From: Iphione sp. A-MEVVRFRX5
Taxonomy: Eukaryota
Assembly: GCA_976226885.1 (NCBI GenBank)
Contig: OZ320314.1
Span: forward strand, 67,518,001-67,582,000
Length of the DNA: 64,000 bases
Direction: 5' to 3'
The notes under the pieces are model-generated. The model was not told the origin of the DNA. It saw nothing but the letters and a program-made list of their open reading frames with translations, and ran no database searches. The position numbers and the translations under genes are program-made. This document shows, in pieces, positions 51,385 to 63,338 of this stretch. The stretch's first letter is position 1, and every line of letters begins with the position of its first letter.

Positions 51385-53754
51385 CTTGAACATGGAAAAT
51401 CGCGCGCGTGACTCCGCTCTATAAGAAAGGTGACATCAACGAACTAGGAAATTATCAGCCAGTCTCCATTCTACCACTGCCTGGCAAACTATTCAAGAAG
51501 TGGATGATGCGCCAGGTAATGGGTCAGATGGAGACAAACAAGTTCCTCAGTCCAGCGCAACACGGTTTCAGGCCGATGCACAGTACAGAGACAGCTATAG
51601 TCTCAGTACTACTGCACACATGGGAGAGACTGAACGCTGGTCATTATCTGTGTGTTGTAGCATTCGACATGAAGAAAGCATTCGATCTAATCTCACACAA
51701 ACTCGTTGTGACAAAGCTGAAGGAAGCCGGTGCGTCTACTGAACTGTGCCGCCTGTTCCGTGGGTACCTGTTGGACCGCAAGCAATATGTGAAGTGCAAG
51801 GGGGCTGTATCCTGTCAACGAGAGCTAAGCCAGGGGATACCACAAGGGTCAGTGGTTGGTCCACATGCATTTAATTTAGTCATTAATGACATAACTACAG
51901 TCCTGCAACCAGAGGCCAAACCAGTCTTGTACGCTGACGACTTGACCGTAATAGTGGAACCAACTGATCTCTTACGTCTGTGGGCATCTGTGCAGAGGTG
52001 CGTCGATGCGGTGACGAGCTGGTGTGACAGATCAGGACTGGTGGTGAGCGCGAAGAAATGCTCATACATGCCTGTTGCTAGGGCAGCAGGCATTCCCCTT
52101 GATATTAAGTTGGACGGCATCACCATGGCGATTGCCAGCAAAATTAACCTTCTAGGTTATGTTGTGGACAACAAGCTGAAATTCAAGGAAAGTATCAGGG
52201 ATCTGAAGAGAAGAATGTGGACAGCATCCCTGAAAATTGGCCGAGCGAAGGGAGTACTTCCAATACAAGCCCGCGTCCGACTTTTTAAAGCACTGGTGAT
52301 CCCGCTAGTGTCCTATGCAGCAGTGCTTTATTTCGGATCCAGCGAGGACGACATCTGCAACTTGCAGATACATCAGAACAGATGCGCCAGAGTGGCTATA
52401 CAATGTGGCAAGTACTTGAGCTCACGTCAGTTGGTGGAGAAGTGCGGCATCGAACGTGTTAAGGAGTTAGTGGAACGAAGGGGGATCTCAGCAATTCACC
52501 GGCAAATAAAACTAGACCTTGTTCCGCTAGAGAACAATTCTAGGACAAGAGGGGGGAGCAGCCAAAGAGGGAAAATGCTAAGACCACGCTCAAGTCGCTT
52601 CTCGCGGACTCTGCGCTACAGGGGGGTGGCTGCATGGAATAAGCTACCCCCGAACCTGAAGCGCAGAGATGACACCAAATCTGCGGAAATATTTGAGAGA
52701 ACAGCTACAACACAGGGTCTGAATGAGGACGGGAATGTAAGTAGCACCAGAGCAATCATGAATTGCCGTACGGACATAGAACGGGTCATTCATCATCATA
52801 AGATTGGCAATACTGGTAGTGAACGTTATGTGTGTCACTCTGGCCATCCCTGGTTCAAACCTCATAGCAACAATTTTCTAGTTATCAAGTCTGTACATTA
52901 CAAGAATCAATGGGGTTCCAACTACAAGTTATGTAGTTCTATCCTTGAATCACAAGTTGGAAGCCCTGTGTCCTTTAGGCATGATTAAATCGGGGGGGGG
53001 GGAACATAGAGGGCATCATGTATTGAGGATGTAATATTGGTTAGTAGCCATTCTAGTACGAATGTCCCTCGAATTCTAGTGCCACGACCTACACGGCTGG
53101 CGCGAATGTCAGCTATCACCAGGAGATACACTAAGATATTACCCGAGCGCCAAGTTTTTGAGTTATGTGTGTTGAACAATCACAAGGAAGACCCAGTCCT
53201 GCAACAGGACTGTGCTTGTAGCCAAGCACAAATAGCCTTCACCACAAAGAATGGATGTGTGTTATATGTATAAATGTCGCACATGTACTGTCCTCATGTA
53301 GAAACTGTGTGATCTGTTCACTGTCCATTATGTTTGTTTCTGTTATCTTGTTCAAATGAGCCAATTTTCTGTTATACTATCATGTATCATGTGTGTATGT
53401 TCTTAAGTACTTACTGTGACTGTTGTGTGTGTTTCTACATGTTTATGCATTTTTCTTGTGTCGTCAAATGTTATACTCGAGTTATTCTGTCTGCATCCGA
53501 GTTTGTGTGTGTGCAATGTATGTTTTCAACTCCTACCTTGACAGTTGTGGGTGTTTCTACATGCTCATGTGTCTCTTATTAACATCGTCCACAGTTATGT
53601 TCATGTCATTCTTGTCTGTAACCCAGCTTGTGTGTGTGCCGTGTATGTTCTTCAATTCCATGTTGTTTGATTATTTACATATAAGCAACTCGAAACCACG
53701 GATAACTTTGTATTTACTGCAAAGATTGGAAATAAACAAATATCAAATATCAAA
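51385..53754 (+). mobile_element. 5'-truncated CR1/L2-group LINE (RT + 3' UTR), a different family from the element at 1-5850
   Basis: TWKIARVTPLYKKG..NYQPVSILP..QHGFR..AFDMKKAFD..GIPQGSVVGP..LYADD..WNKLP. The 3' end is aataaacaaatatcaaatatcaaa. A possible short TSD ataatc lies at 51379-51384 / 53755-53760 (tentative). Confidence 0.88.
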
Positions 53755-54257
53755 ATAATCATAATTGGTTAAAGAATACTAGTCAAATATGACTCTTAAC
53801 AAAACAAACTATGAATTTCCTATACATTTTCATGGCAGAAATTAAAAAAAGAGATTCTTTATTAAATAAAAGGTATATATTCTAACTATAAAACATTGTG
53901 TAATTATTACATATAATTTTATGCCTTAATAAAGAAGGTTATAGGGTATTATGAGTTACACTTTTAGTATTGTTCCCACTAATGATTTATACAAGACATC
54001 TGATAAATTGTAGGGATAAACCTTCTAGTGTTTCAGAGGAATATTTTGATAATATAATGACAATGTACATGTTATTTCAGGTTTTAAGACATATTTGTAT
54101 TAATTTTCTACAAACATATGTCAAAATCCTCAATTTTGAGATTCTTACAGGTCATGTGACTGCTTTTCCATGGTAACTCCATGGTGTTTGACAAACTTTA
54201 AATAGACATTGGATGGCTTGTGATTTTATCTTGCTTTGTACCAAAAATGAAATCTAT

Positions 54258-54499
54258 TGTAGCGGAGTAGCACCGACTTGCTCCACATGTGCTGTACATA
54301 GGTTGGACCACACCAATATTGCTCCACACGATCTGTTCTACATTGCTCTTCGCGAGCGGTTCTAGATAGTTGGCTCCGCATGCCACACTTTTTATATAAA
54401 TAGAGCCTCTGTGCAGAGTTTGGCGTCCGTTTAGGTTTACACTTCTTTGAATAAACATCGTAATCTTAACCTTCTAGAGTGGACATCAGTATGTTAAGA
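54258..54499 (+). repeat. 5' LTR (TG..AGA; TATA at about 54393, AATAAA at 54450)
   Basis: Direct repeat of 62325-62566 with about 25 substitutions by manual count (about 10%). Confidence 0.95.
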
Positions 54500-54500
54500 T

Positions 54501-54515
54501 TGGTGGCAGCGGTGG
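54501..54515 (+). promoter_or_regulatory. Primer-binding site complementary to the 3' end of tRNA-Leu
   Basis: TGGTGGCAGCGGTGG is the reverse complement of CCACCGCTGCCA-CCA, the 3' end of eukaryotic tRNA-Leu(AAG/UAG). Confidence 0.8.
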
Positions 54516-54947
54516 AATCCACTGCTCCACTTGTGCGGAACCCCAGGAACCACACAAGACAGAACTGGACGGTGCGGTTCCAGCGGAACTGTACGAGCTG
54601 AGACCATTTGAGCTCGAACCACACCATGAGGTTCTGTTGGAACCACATGAGCTGGGACCACACCAAGTAGAACTGCACGGCGTCAATCCATCCTCAGTGG
54701 AACCACACAAAAGAGAGCTCTCCCAGGTAAGGCAGCAGGGGGAGGAGGCCGAGCCACACGGGGCAGAGCAGGGTCCGTGGCGGTCCCAGGGTGTGGAGCA
54801 GCACAGATAGAATCCCACATGCTGATCGGCGCTGGTGAGGGAGGGCCTGTGCGGGCACTGAGGATGGCCCGGACGTTGACGCCATGACCAGGGTCGAGAC
54901 CTCAACTGACTGAAGATTCTCCGGAGTCATCTGAGGACAAGGAAGAC

Positions 54948-55900
54948 TTGGCGGGAGAAGGGGAGGAGTCGATCCAGCCCAGCCCGGGGGCCAAGGACCC
55001 AGCGGTTAGAGGACTGTTGGAGGAGTTGTGGCGGGTCATGCTACCATACAAACACCTGAGGAAGGCAGCCATTAAGGCAGACAGCTTCTATGGGACCACT
55101 TCCTTGCCAGACTTCTTTCATCACTACCAGCTGGTGGCTGCTGCCAATGGATGGGATGACTTGGTACAACTTGGAGCCGCCCTGCAGAAATCAGCATGCA
55201 CTGCTCTTAGGAATGCGCAGGTCGACATGTCCGCTGAAGGTGCCTTCGAGACAATAGTGAAGGTGCTGCAGGATCGCTTCCAACCAGCAGACCAGGTGGA
55301 CGCATATCTGCAGCAGCTGAAGTACCAGCAACAGAAGAAGGGGGAGAGCCTTGTGGACTTGGCTGACAACATCGAAAGGTTAGTCCGCTTGGCCTACCCT
55401 GAAGCTACTGGTCAGTGGAAGGAGTGCATCTGCCGGGGATATTTCCTGGGGGCCTTCGCCAGCGAGAAAGAACGCAAGTAGGTGACGCAAGGCCGGGTCA
55501 CCACCTTCCAGATGCTCTTGGAGGCCCAGCTGGCCGAGTCGTATTAGAGAAGCTGGCGGGAGAGGGAGGCCCCACGGAAGGTGCATAAGGCTGAGCACCA
55601 GCCTGAGGCAGCCCCCTTTAAAGGGCCCTCTGTGGACGGGCCCTGGAAGAAAATCGAGGAGCTACTGACTCAGATTTTGCAGAGACAGGAGGAGCCCGCC
55701 CAGCCATGCCAGGCGGTGAAGAAGTGAGGCTGTTTCATATGCGATGACCCCAGCCACTTCAAGAAAGATTGCCCCAAGTGGAAGGGCGACACAGCAGCGG
55801 TTCCTGGGGAAACGGGGAGGCGGCCACCCCTCGGCAATAGGGCGTGCAGCCACATCGCAGAAAGAGAACAACCATTCTCATCTTATTGAACACCTGAGGC
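54948..55900 (+). pseudogene. Gypsy gag with CCHC knuckle
   Basis: SFYGTTSLPDFFHHYQLVAAANGW.. and CFICDDPSHFKKDC at 55731-55772 are in the same frame, with internal stops. Confidence 0.85.
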
Positions 55901-55989
55901 CTATCCAAGTCGGCATAAGGGAGACTGAAGAACTTAGGTTGGAGGGGGATCCGAAGGGCGCATACCGGGACATCATCGTGTCCAGCTGA

Positions 55990-58650
55990 GTGCATGGGAG
56001 ATCGGTGCGGTAGTTGGTGGATACCGGGGCGGCGCTCACTCTGCTAAGTTGTGAGGTGGCCAAGGACATCAAGCTGGGAGATCTCTAGGAAGTTTGCGGT
56101 CAGGTGCTTTGTGCAGACAGGAAGCCCCTGCAGGGAGACGGGAGAACCGAAATGGACGTGGACTTCTCAGCAGCTACCTTGAAGGTCAACGCCTTGGTCG
56201 CCAACATTGACTGCGATGGGATTCTTGGAATGGACATGCTCACGGAGTGGGAGGCACTCCTGGACACACGGGACCCCACACTGAGGATGCAGCTACCACA
56301 GGATGGTCAACCATATTCTTGGAGAGTGCGGATAGCAGGGGATACAACGGTGTTGCCAGGGTGTTGTGGGCTGCAGGTTCGGGCCGAGGCGTGGTGAGGT
56401 TGTTCAACCCCGGAAAGAAGTTGAAAGCCAAGTGCCGGGGGACTGTGGTAGGACGAGCCTCTACCATACGAGAAGTCGAGGAACAACCGCCTGTCGGGCA
56501 GTCCGGTCCAGCCCTCAAGGCAGTGGAGCAGCTCATGGCAGGGCTCCCGAGTGAGCTCACGGAGGGAGAATGAGAGGCCATTGTGGAGATGCTGAAGAGG
56601 AGCGCCAGAGTGTTCCAATTAGAGTGGAAGCCGTTCGGACGCACGGAGGTGGTCACCGAAGGCATCAACACGTAGGGGCATCCTCCCATCAGACAAGGCA
56701 TGCGCCAGCTATCCCCACTGAAGACGGAGATGGTCCAGAACGAGATCGACGCAATGCTGCAGAAAGGAGTGCTCAAGCCCTCCACCAGCCCCTGGGTGTC
56801 TTTAGCGGTCCTGGTGAGGAAGAAGGATGGAACATGGAGGTTCTGTATTGACTACCAGGGACTCAACCGTGTGACCAAGAAGGACGCGTATCCCCTCCCG
56901 AGAATCAACGACACGCTGGATGCCCTAGGGGGAGCCAGGTATTTCTCAGCGTTGGACTTGGCAGCCAGCTACTGGCAGGTGGGCCTGAAGCCAAAAGACA
57001 AGGAGAAGATGGTGGTCTGCATAACGTCAGGACTGTACCAGTTCGCCATGATGGCCTTCGGCCTTTGTAACCTGCCTTCAATGTTTGAGTGACTCATGGA
57101 GGCTGTGCTACGAGGGCTGGTGGGGCAGACCTGCCTCATCTACCTGGACAACGTGATTATCATTGGCCGGGATGTCGGAGAGATGGTTGGAGGAGATCTA
57201 CACCTACGACCTTGACATTGTGCATTGACCCGGTGATAAGCATGGCAATGCCGACGGACTGTCCCACATAGACTGTCCCCAGTGTGGCCGCTGGGGGGAG
57301 GAAGAGGAGGAACAGCATCAGGCCGCGGCCCTGCGAGGTATGACCACACAACCAGAGATTCCCCTCGGGCAAGCCCAGCAGGAGGAGGAGCTCATCAAAC
57401 AGTTGATTACTGTCTTGGAAAAGGGAGAGGAGCCAGAGGAAGCGTCGAGCCTGGGCAGCTGGGAAGAACGGCAGGTATGCAGCGAGTGGTCCTGGCTGGA
57501 GCTGAAGGAGGGCGTCTTATGCGGAAGATGGGAGAGGGATGATGGCAGCGAATTTACCCAGGCGTATGTCCCCTGACAGCTGAGGAAGCAGCTCTGGCAG
57601 CAGGTGCACGCTCCACCCATCGGAGGTCATGTGGAAAGTTGAAAGACTGAGGGAGTTTTGCGGCCTCCCTATTTCTGGCCAGGTCTGGGCCGTGACGCAA
57701 GACTGTGGGGAGAGGCCTGCCTGGACCATCAGCAGACGAAGAATCCTCAAGCTTCACGGAGGGCCCCCCTTATGGTGCGACCGCTGCCCAGCCCCTGGGA
57801 GGTTGTGGCCATCGATGTATGCAGACCCTTTCTGACAATCCTGAGAGGGAACAAGTACATCATCGTGGTCGCTGACCATTTCTCCTAGTGGGTGGAGGCG
57901 TTCCCCACACCGGATGCTATGGCAGAGACGACTTCTAAAATTCTGCTCAAGGAGGTAGTGTGTTGGTTTGGTCCCCCACGAGTGATCCACTCAGACCAAG
58001 GGAGAAATTTTGAGGTGGAAGTATTCCAGGAGATGCTGATGATGCTGGGCATCGAGAAGTTCAGGACGACCGCCTACCACCCTCAGAGTGACAGGGTTGT
58101 GGAGCGGTTCAATCGAACACTGGTGAAGATGCTGACTACGGCGATCCAAGAGGACCAGTCAGACTGGGATGAACGCTTGCCCTTCGTAACAGCTGCCTAC
58201 CGTGCCACTCCCCACCAGAGCACCCAGTTGTCACCAAACTGGATGCTTCTTCATTGAGAAATGACCCTCCCAGTGGAATTAATGTTCGGAGCCCCTACCA
58301 ATGGGCATGCATCAAGGTCTGTGTTCTTGGAGGAACAACACCAGACGATCGTCGCCACACATCAAGTAGTGTGGCAGAGGCTACAGGGGGTTGCTGAGAG
58401 GCAAAAGGATTGGTATGACAAACGTGTGCGCAAACAGGACTTCTGTATCGACGATCGAGTGTGGCTGCTTTCTCCTATGAAGAAGAAGGGCTGGTCCCCC
58501 AAGCTAGAGAAGTGTTGGGTAGGACCCTGAACGATCGTAGCTAGGCTTTCAGAAGTTGTATACCGTATTGTGTGCAGACACAAGTGCAGGGTGGTTCACG
58601 CAGACCTGCTGACCCCAGTTGTAAGCTCCCCAAGTGAGATAGTCATAGGG
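55990..58650 (+). pseudogene. Gypsy pol: protease, RT, RNase H remnant, integrase
   Basis: LVDTGAALTLLS (Asp codon 56020); SPW..VRKKDGTWRFCIDY..LPRI..LDLAASYWQV; YLDN at 57141; HGNADGLS; HAPPIGGH; IHSDQGRNFE; ERFNRTL; a W.GP GPY/F-like tail. Confidence 0.92.
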
Positions 58651-59206
58651 GAGGCTAGGATGGTGTGGATTGCTGCCGACCGCAGCCTGCTGACATGGTG
58701 GAGAGCGGGACAGCAAGAGATCAAGAGAGATACCCGGAAGACGGAAGGCGGGGAGGCCTCGGGCGACCCATCGCAGGAGCGTCGACCTCATGAGGGAGGG
58801 ACCACAACTGGCCCCACTGGGGGGAAGGGAAGACAGAAGGACCTCCGCCCCACCACCCTAGGCTGGGGAGACGGCCCCAGTGAGGACGGCATTTCTTTAC
58901 CGAGTTGCCTGGAGGTAGGAGCCCAATGGCCTCGGCCCTAGCCCCTGCGCTGGCATCGGCCCCCGCAGTCACCAGTTCTGACACCTGCCAAAGAAGTGCC
59001 AATGTGTGGCACTGGAAGCCACGCAAAGTTAGAGAAGGAGTATGGGCGAAGATGGCCGGACCCCTCCTGAGAAGAGCCCTGGTTGCCAGCTTCCTTACTA
59101 CAGAGGGAGGACATCCCGGAGGGTTTGGTGCTGGGGCACTGATCAAAAGAGTCGTCCAGACAAAGAGGAAAGCAGAGACGTGCCTGGGTGACTAGTGGCG
59201 GCAGCC

Positions 59207-61937
59207 ATGTTTAAGGAGCTAAGTTCTCTCTCTCAGGCAAGACTCCTGCAACAGCTACAATGGAGGAAATCACCCCAGGATGTTGGACCAGCGGTTCCCT
59301 CCAGACCACACAGGCGGAGATGGGGGCAGGCTGACGTGGAACCGCCTCGGTGAGAACTGCATGAGCAGAGCATGCACATGCAGTCCAAGGGGGCCACCGA
59401 GACCACACGAGGGGCACAGAGGGATAGAAGTCGAGGTCGGGCCCACCCTGCTGAGAAACAGTGAAGAAACAAGGAGGAACATTACCGGTTGGAGGAGAAC
59501 TTGGCTCCTGTCATGCGGGCCAGACCTGACGGGGAACCACACGGGCGGGGACCATGCGTGCTGTCCTCGCACAGGTGGTCCGATGTTGGAACCACTGACA
59601 CATTAAAGAGAAGATGCCTTGGGAATCGCCACGGGCTTTCCCACCCGATGGAACCGCCTGAGTGGAGGAAATCCTCGCTGGAACAACAGAAGTCGAAGGT
59701 TGAGCTGAAACGGTGCTGTGCGGGCCCGCCTGTGTGGTTCCATTCAGTGCGGGCCTCCGGTCCAGGAGCGTTAGCCAATCAGAGGTGTGCAGGCCTGGGT
59801 ACCAGACTAAGTAAGGGCGACGCTTTGGACCACATGCTCACTTGTTATCCAGTCGAAGGAGGAGAGACACCGTCTTGTTCACCTACGTATCAGGATTTCC
59901 CAGACAGCATCAATGGTTCTCTCACCCCCATATTCGAGGCGTGAGACCGCACCATCGGAAGAGTCAGCCTGGTCGACCAGCAACCGGGCCGACACCCGGA
60001 CTGCATGAGTGGGCCCAGCGAGTCGAACCGCATGGGCTGTGCGGGTCAGACGGGCAGTGCAGAGCAAGACGCGCACCATACGGATGGTTCCAGCGAGTGG
60101 AACAGCACAAGCCGCGTGGACGGGATCGACCATGTGGGCTCAGACCAGGACCACATCAGCTTGGCCGGGAACCACTGGGGGCGGTACCATCTTGACGACA
60201 TGACAGGGGGGCGGTTCCCCTGCAACCGCTGCTCATACAGCTGAGATCAGAAGGTGAACTTGGAGCGGCACCAGCTCAAGCACATGCGGTGGGGCTTTGG
60301 TCGGCTGTGTCCAGCCCAAGAATGCCAACAGAATGACTTCCGCCATCACCTTGAGAAGGTACGCAAGGACTACCAACCATATTGTTTAGAGTTAGGCCAG
60401 GCTGTGGATGTATCCTTCCTGGAGTACTCATTGGGAGAGGGGCCCCTCATGGGGACCCCCCTCCCAGTGCCCGCCGACCACATCCTGGAGTACCAGGAGC
60501 TCAAGTTGGTGGAGGCTCACGAGTGGGCGAGGAAGCTCACCACGATGAGGGGTGAGCCCTTGCCCAAGAGGCACAAGAGTCACAGGACATCGGAGGGGTC
60601 ATCCGAGGCCGGGTCGTCAGCTGGTGACCCTACTCCCACTCCACGCCTAAGTCCAAGAGAGGACAATCCAAAACACCCAGCGCAGCATGGGGCCGGCCGG
60701 CGACTCTGTCCCTGACAAGGACTACTGAGGGCAGCACAGCGGTGACCAGCACAAGTTTGCCCACCGTGACTTCACTGGGGGCACAGGCCCCTTCCTCCGG
60801 CGCCGGCACCGAGATGACTTCACATCTTCAGCCACAGCCATCCACTTCCCAGGGAGGCAGCGGCGGCGGAGTAGATGTCTAGTTGTGGGGCCTCAACTGA
60901 AAGAGTGAGGCCTCCTCTCCTGCACTCACCCCCCAGCTAATTTCAGCCGCGGCCGCAAGCAAGACCAGACACTGGGAGCTGCCGGCCATAGTAGCTGAGA
61001 GGGACCGAGTAGGACCAGCCGTCACTCCACGACACCGCGTGACCTTGGACGTCGTTGGGGGTGGGTCACCCCCGACAGCGGGGAGGAAATGGTTGTTCCC
61101 TTCCACCAGCAGAGGCAGGCCCACGAGAGGGCTAGGACTGGGTGCGAGGACCCCGCGTACCCCGGGTCAGTTGCCCCCCTGGACCCGAAGCCATGCTGCA
61201 ACTCCAGCCTCCACCACCTTGGATTGGAGTGTTGACACGGCAGAGCTGAACCAGCAGTTGGGCATGGACTGGGGCGAGGAGAGCCAGGAGGCCATCCTCA
61301 TCTCTTCCACTAAGGACTTGGCCAGCCAAGAGGAGGGACAGGCAGTGGCTGACCAGATGGTGCGAACAGTCACATCAGAGACAGTCGCTGTGGGGTCAGC
61401 TATGAGTAGCCCGGTCACAGCCTTTGAGGCCGGTCAGGCCACTCCCGACCAGGGCCAGGCCGGCCAAGCAGCAACTACACAGGGCTAGGCCGGCCAAATG
61501 GTGTTGACCTGGGGCCAGGCTGGCCAGGGTGTGCTCCCGTCCCACCCAGCTCCAGGAGGGTCCCATCCTCCCAGAGCCCATGACCATCAGTCGCCCGAGG
61601 CCCGGGCAGAAAGGTGGACTTTCCAAGAGCAGATGGCCATGCGGCGCTGGGCATACAACCGGATGTTGACCATCCACGAGCGGCCGCCAACTGGATGGGA
61701 GCTGCTGGCGGCAGAGACGAGACTGTGCATCTCACCGGTCCCCGTCCACAGTTGACTTTAGATTATATGGTGGACTTTGCCCCGACACAGGAGGAGGCCC
61801 AGGGTTCAATAGCTCAACCTGAGTTGACGCAGCCACTCTTGCGAGCCTCATGTGAGGACCTGCGGCTGCAGGCAAAGGACAGACAAAAGACCTTCCTCAC
61901 CTGCGAGGAGGTATTTGTGCCCAGGAATGAACTTTAA
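59207..61937 (+). pseudogene. Extra 3' ORF of the Gypsy element (about 900 codons, decayed) with a C2H2 zinc finger
   Basis: gcagccATG at 59207. One frame runs to about 60715, broken only by TGA stops. FPCNRCSYS*DQKVNLERHQLKH lies at 60215-60283. The ORF continues in shifted frames to 61937. Confidence 0.65.
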
Positions 61938-62311
61938 GCTGACCTGGACTGCCCCTGGACTTTGCAGATATTGACCCGGCCCGTCAACCACTACTGAGTA
62001 CGCCCGCTGTAAGAAACACTTGACTACTGTTTTTGGTTGTAGATAGTTGGGTAGTACAACCCAGATTATTGCCTGTTTGCTAGTGTTCCCCTCCTTCCCT
62101 AGTACAAGGGAAGTAGTTTAGACCAGTAAGGAGTTAGCTAGTTGGGATGTACTTCCCACCCTTCTTTTTAAGCTGATTATTATCTTCTGTGAAGACATAT
62201 AGGAATGTTAACTCCAGTGTCTATTTTTCTAGTTGCGGTGTACTCCCCTTATATCTCTAGCAAAGTAAAGCAAGACTCAGGTTTTATTCAACTTCAGGGA
62301 CTCAGCAGTCT

Positions 62312-62324
62312 AAGAGGGGAGAAA
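62312..62324 (+). other. Polypurine tract
   Basis: aagaggggagaaa immediately 5' of the 3' LTR. Confidence 0.9.
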
Positions 62325-62566
62325 TGTAGCGGAGCATCACCGACTCGCTCAGCACGTGCTGTACATAGGTTGGACCACACCAAAATTGCTCCACACGATC
62401 TGTTCTATGTTGCTCTTCGCGAGTGGTTCTAGATGGTTGGCTCCATACGTCACACTTTTAATATAAATAGAGCCTCCGTGCGGAGTTTGGCATCAGTTGA
62501 GGTTTACACTTCGTTGAATAAACATCTTAATCTTAACCTTCTGGACTGGACATCAGTATGTTGAGA
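62325..62566 (+). repeat. 3' LTR
   Basis: Direct repeat of 54258-54499. Confidence 0.95.
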
Positions 62567-62669
62567 TCTGGTTGTAACAATATCCATGAAATATCAATCA
62601 CCTAAACCTTGGCTTGTTCATTATCGGTCAAAAATGACTATGGCTGGTCCTTATAGGGTTAAGTATGTA

Positions 62670-62848
62670 CAGTGGAGTCTAAATTTGCGTCCACATCGAT
62701 TTCCGACCATTCTTGCTATTACGACCACTACTGCCTGGTACAAAAGTATTGCTTTCTGTTGTTAACAATAATTGATTTCCAACCAAATTTGCTATTACGA
62801 CCATTTGCAGCCGGACTAGACCACTGGTCGGAAATCAAGATTCTACTG
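62670..62848. mobile_element. Small Tc1/pogo-type MITE (TA TSD)
   Basis: ta|cagtggagtct .. agattctactg|ta, with a subterminal inverted gatttccgacca / tggtcggaaatc. Confidence 0.65.
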
Positions 62849-63338
62849 TAGTTCATTTTTGCTCTCTATCGGCAAGGCTAAACTCTTCAGTCAACTCTCA
62901 GTTAAAAACCAGATTGCAGAGGGAACTAAACCAGAGGAGACTCAATTCTAACAATACCACCCTTTCGATATATGTACGTAGTTGATCTATGTACATATAG
63001 TGATATCTCCTCAGTTTTCATGTTTATTACTGAGAGAGTTTTTAAGGAATTAAACAGTGGAACTTCCTCGGCCATTATAAGAATATATAAAAATGATCAA
63101 CAATTTGTGGTGTCAACGATAGAATACAAAATAATAATCTAAGATATATGTGATGATCTGTCTTATATGGGCCTTGGTTGGCACTGGAAAGTTGTGAACA
63201 GTAGCAATATCTACTGCACTGTACATCTTTTACTCTAACCTTGCTTGGATGCTGACGTTCGTAGCGGTATAGGAGGTTACACTGGTTGCTGAATGAAATT
63301 CTCATGTTTCCGGACTTTACTAAGCTGCTGTAGGAGTA

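Larger units (their letters stand above)
54258..62566 (+). mobile_element. Ty3/Gypsy LTR retrotransposon, full span, inactivated
   Basis: Two 242-bp LTRs, PBS and PPT, with the order gag-PR-RT-(RH)-IN and many in-frame stops. Confidence 0.95.

Noticed and set aside
59207-60745. TGA recoding (Sec or readthrough) to explain the all-TGA stops in the Gypsy 3' ORF
   Set aside because: CGA>TGA decay is simpler, since conserved gag/pol motifs of the same element are broken the same way.
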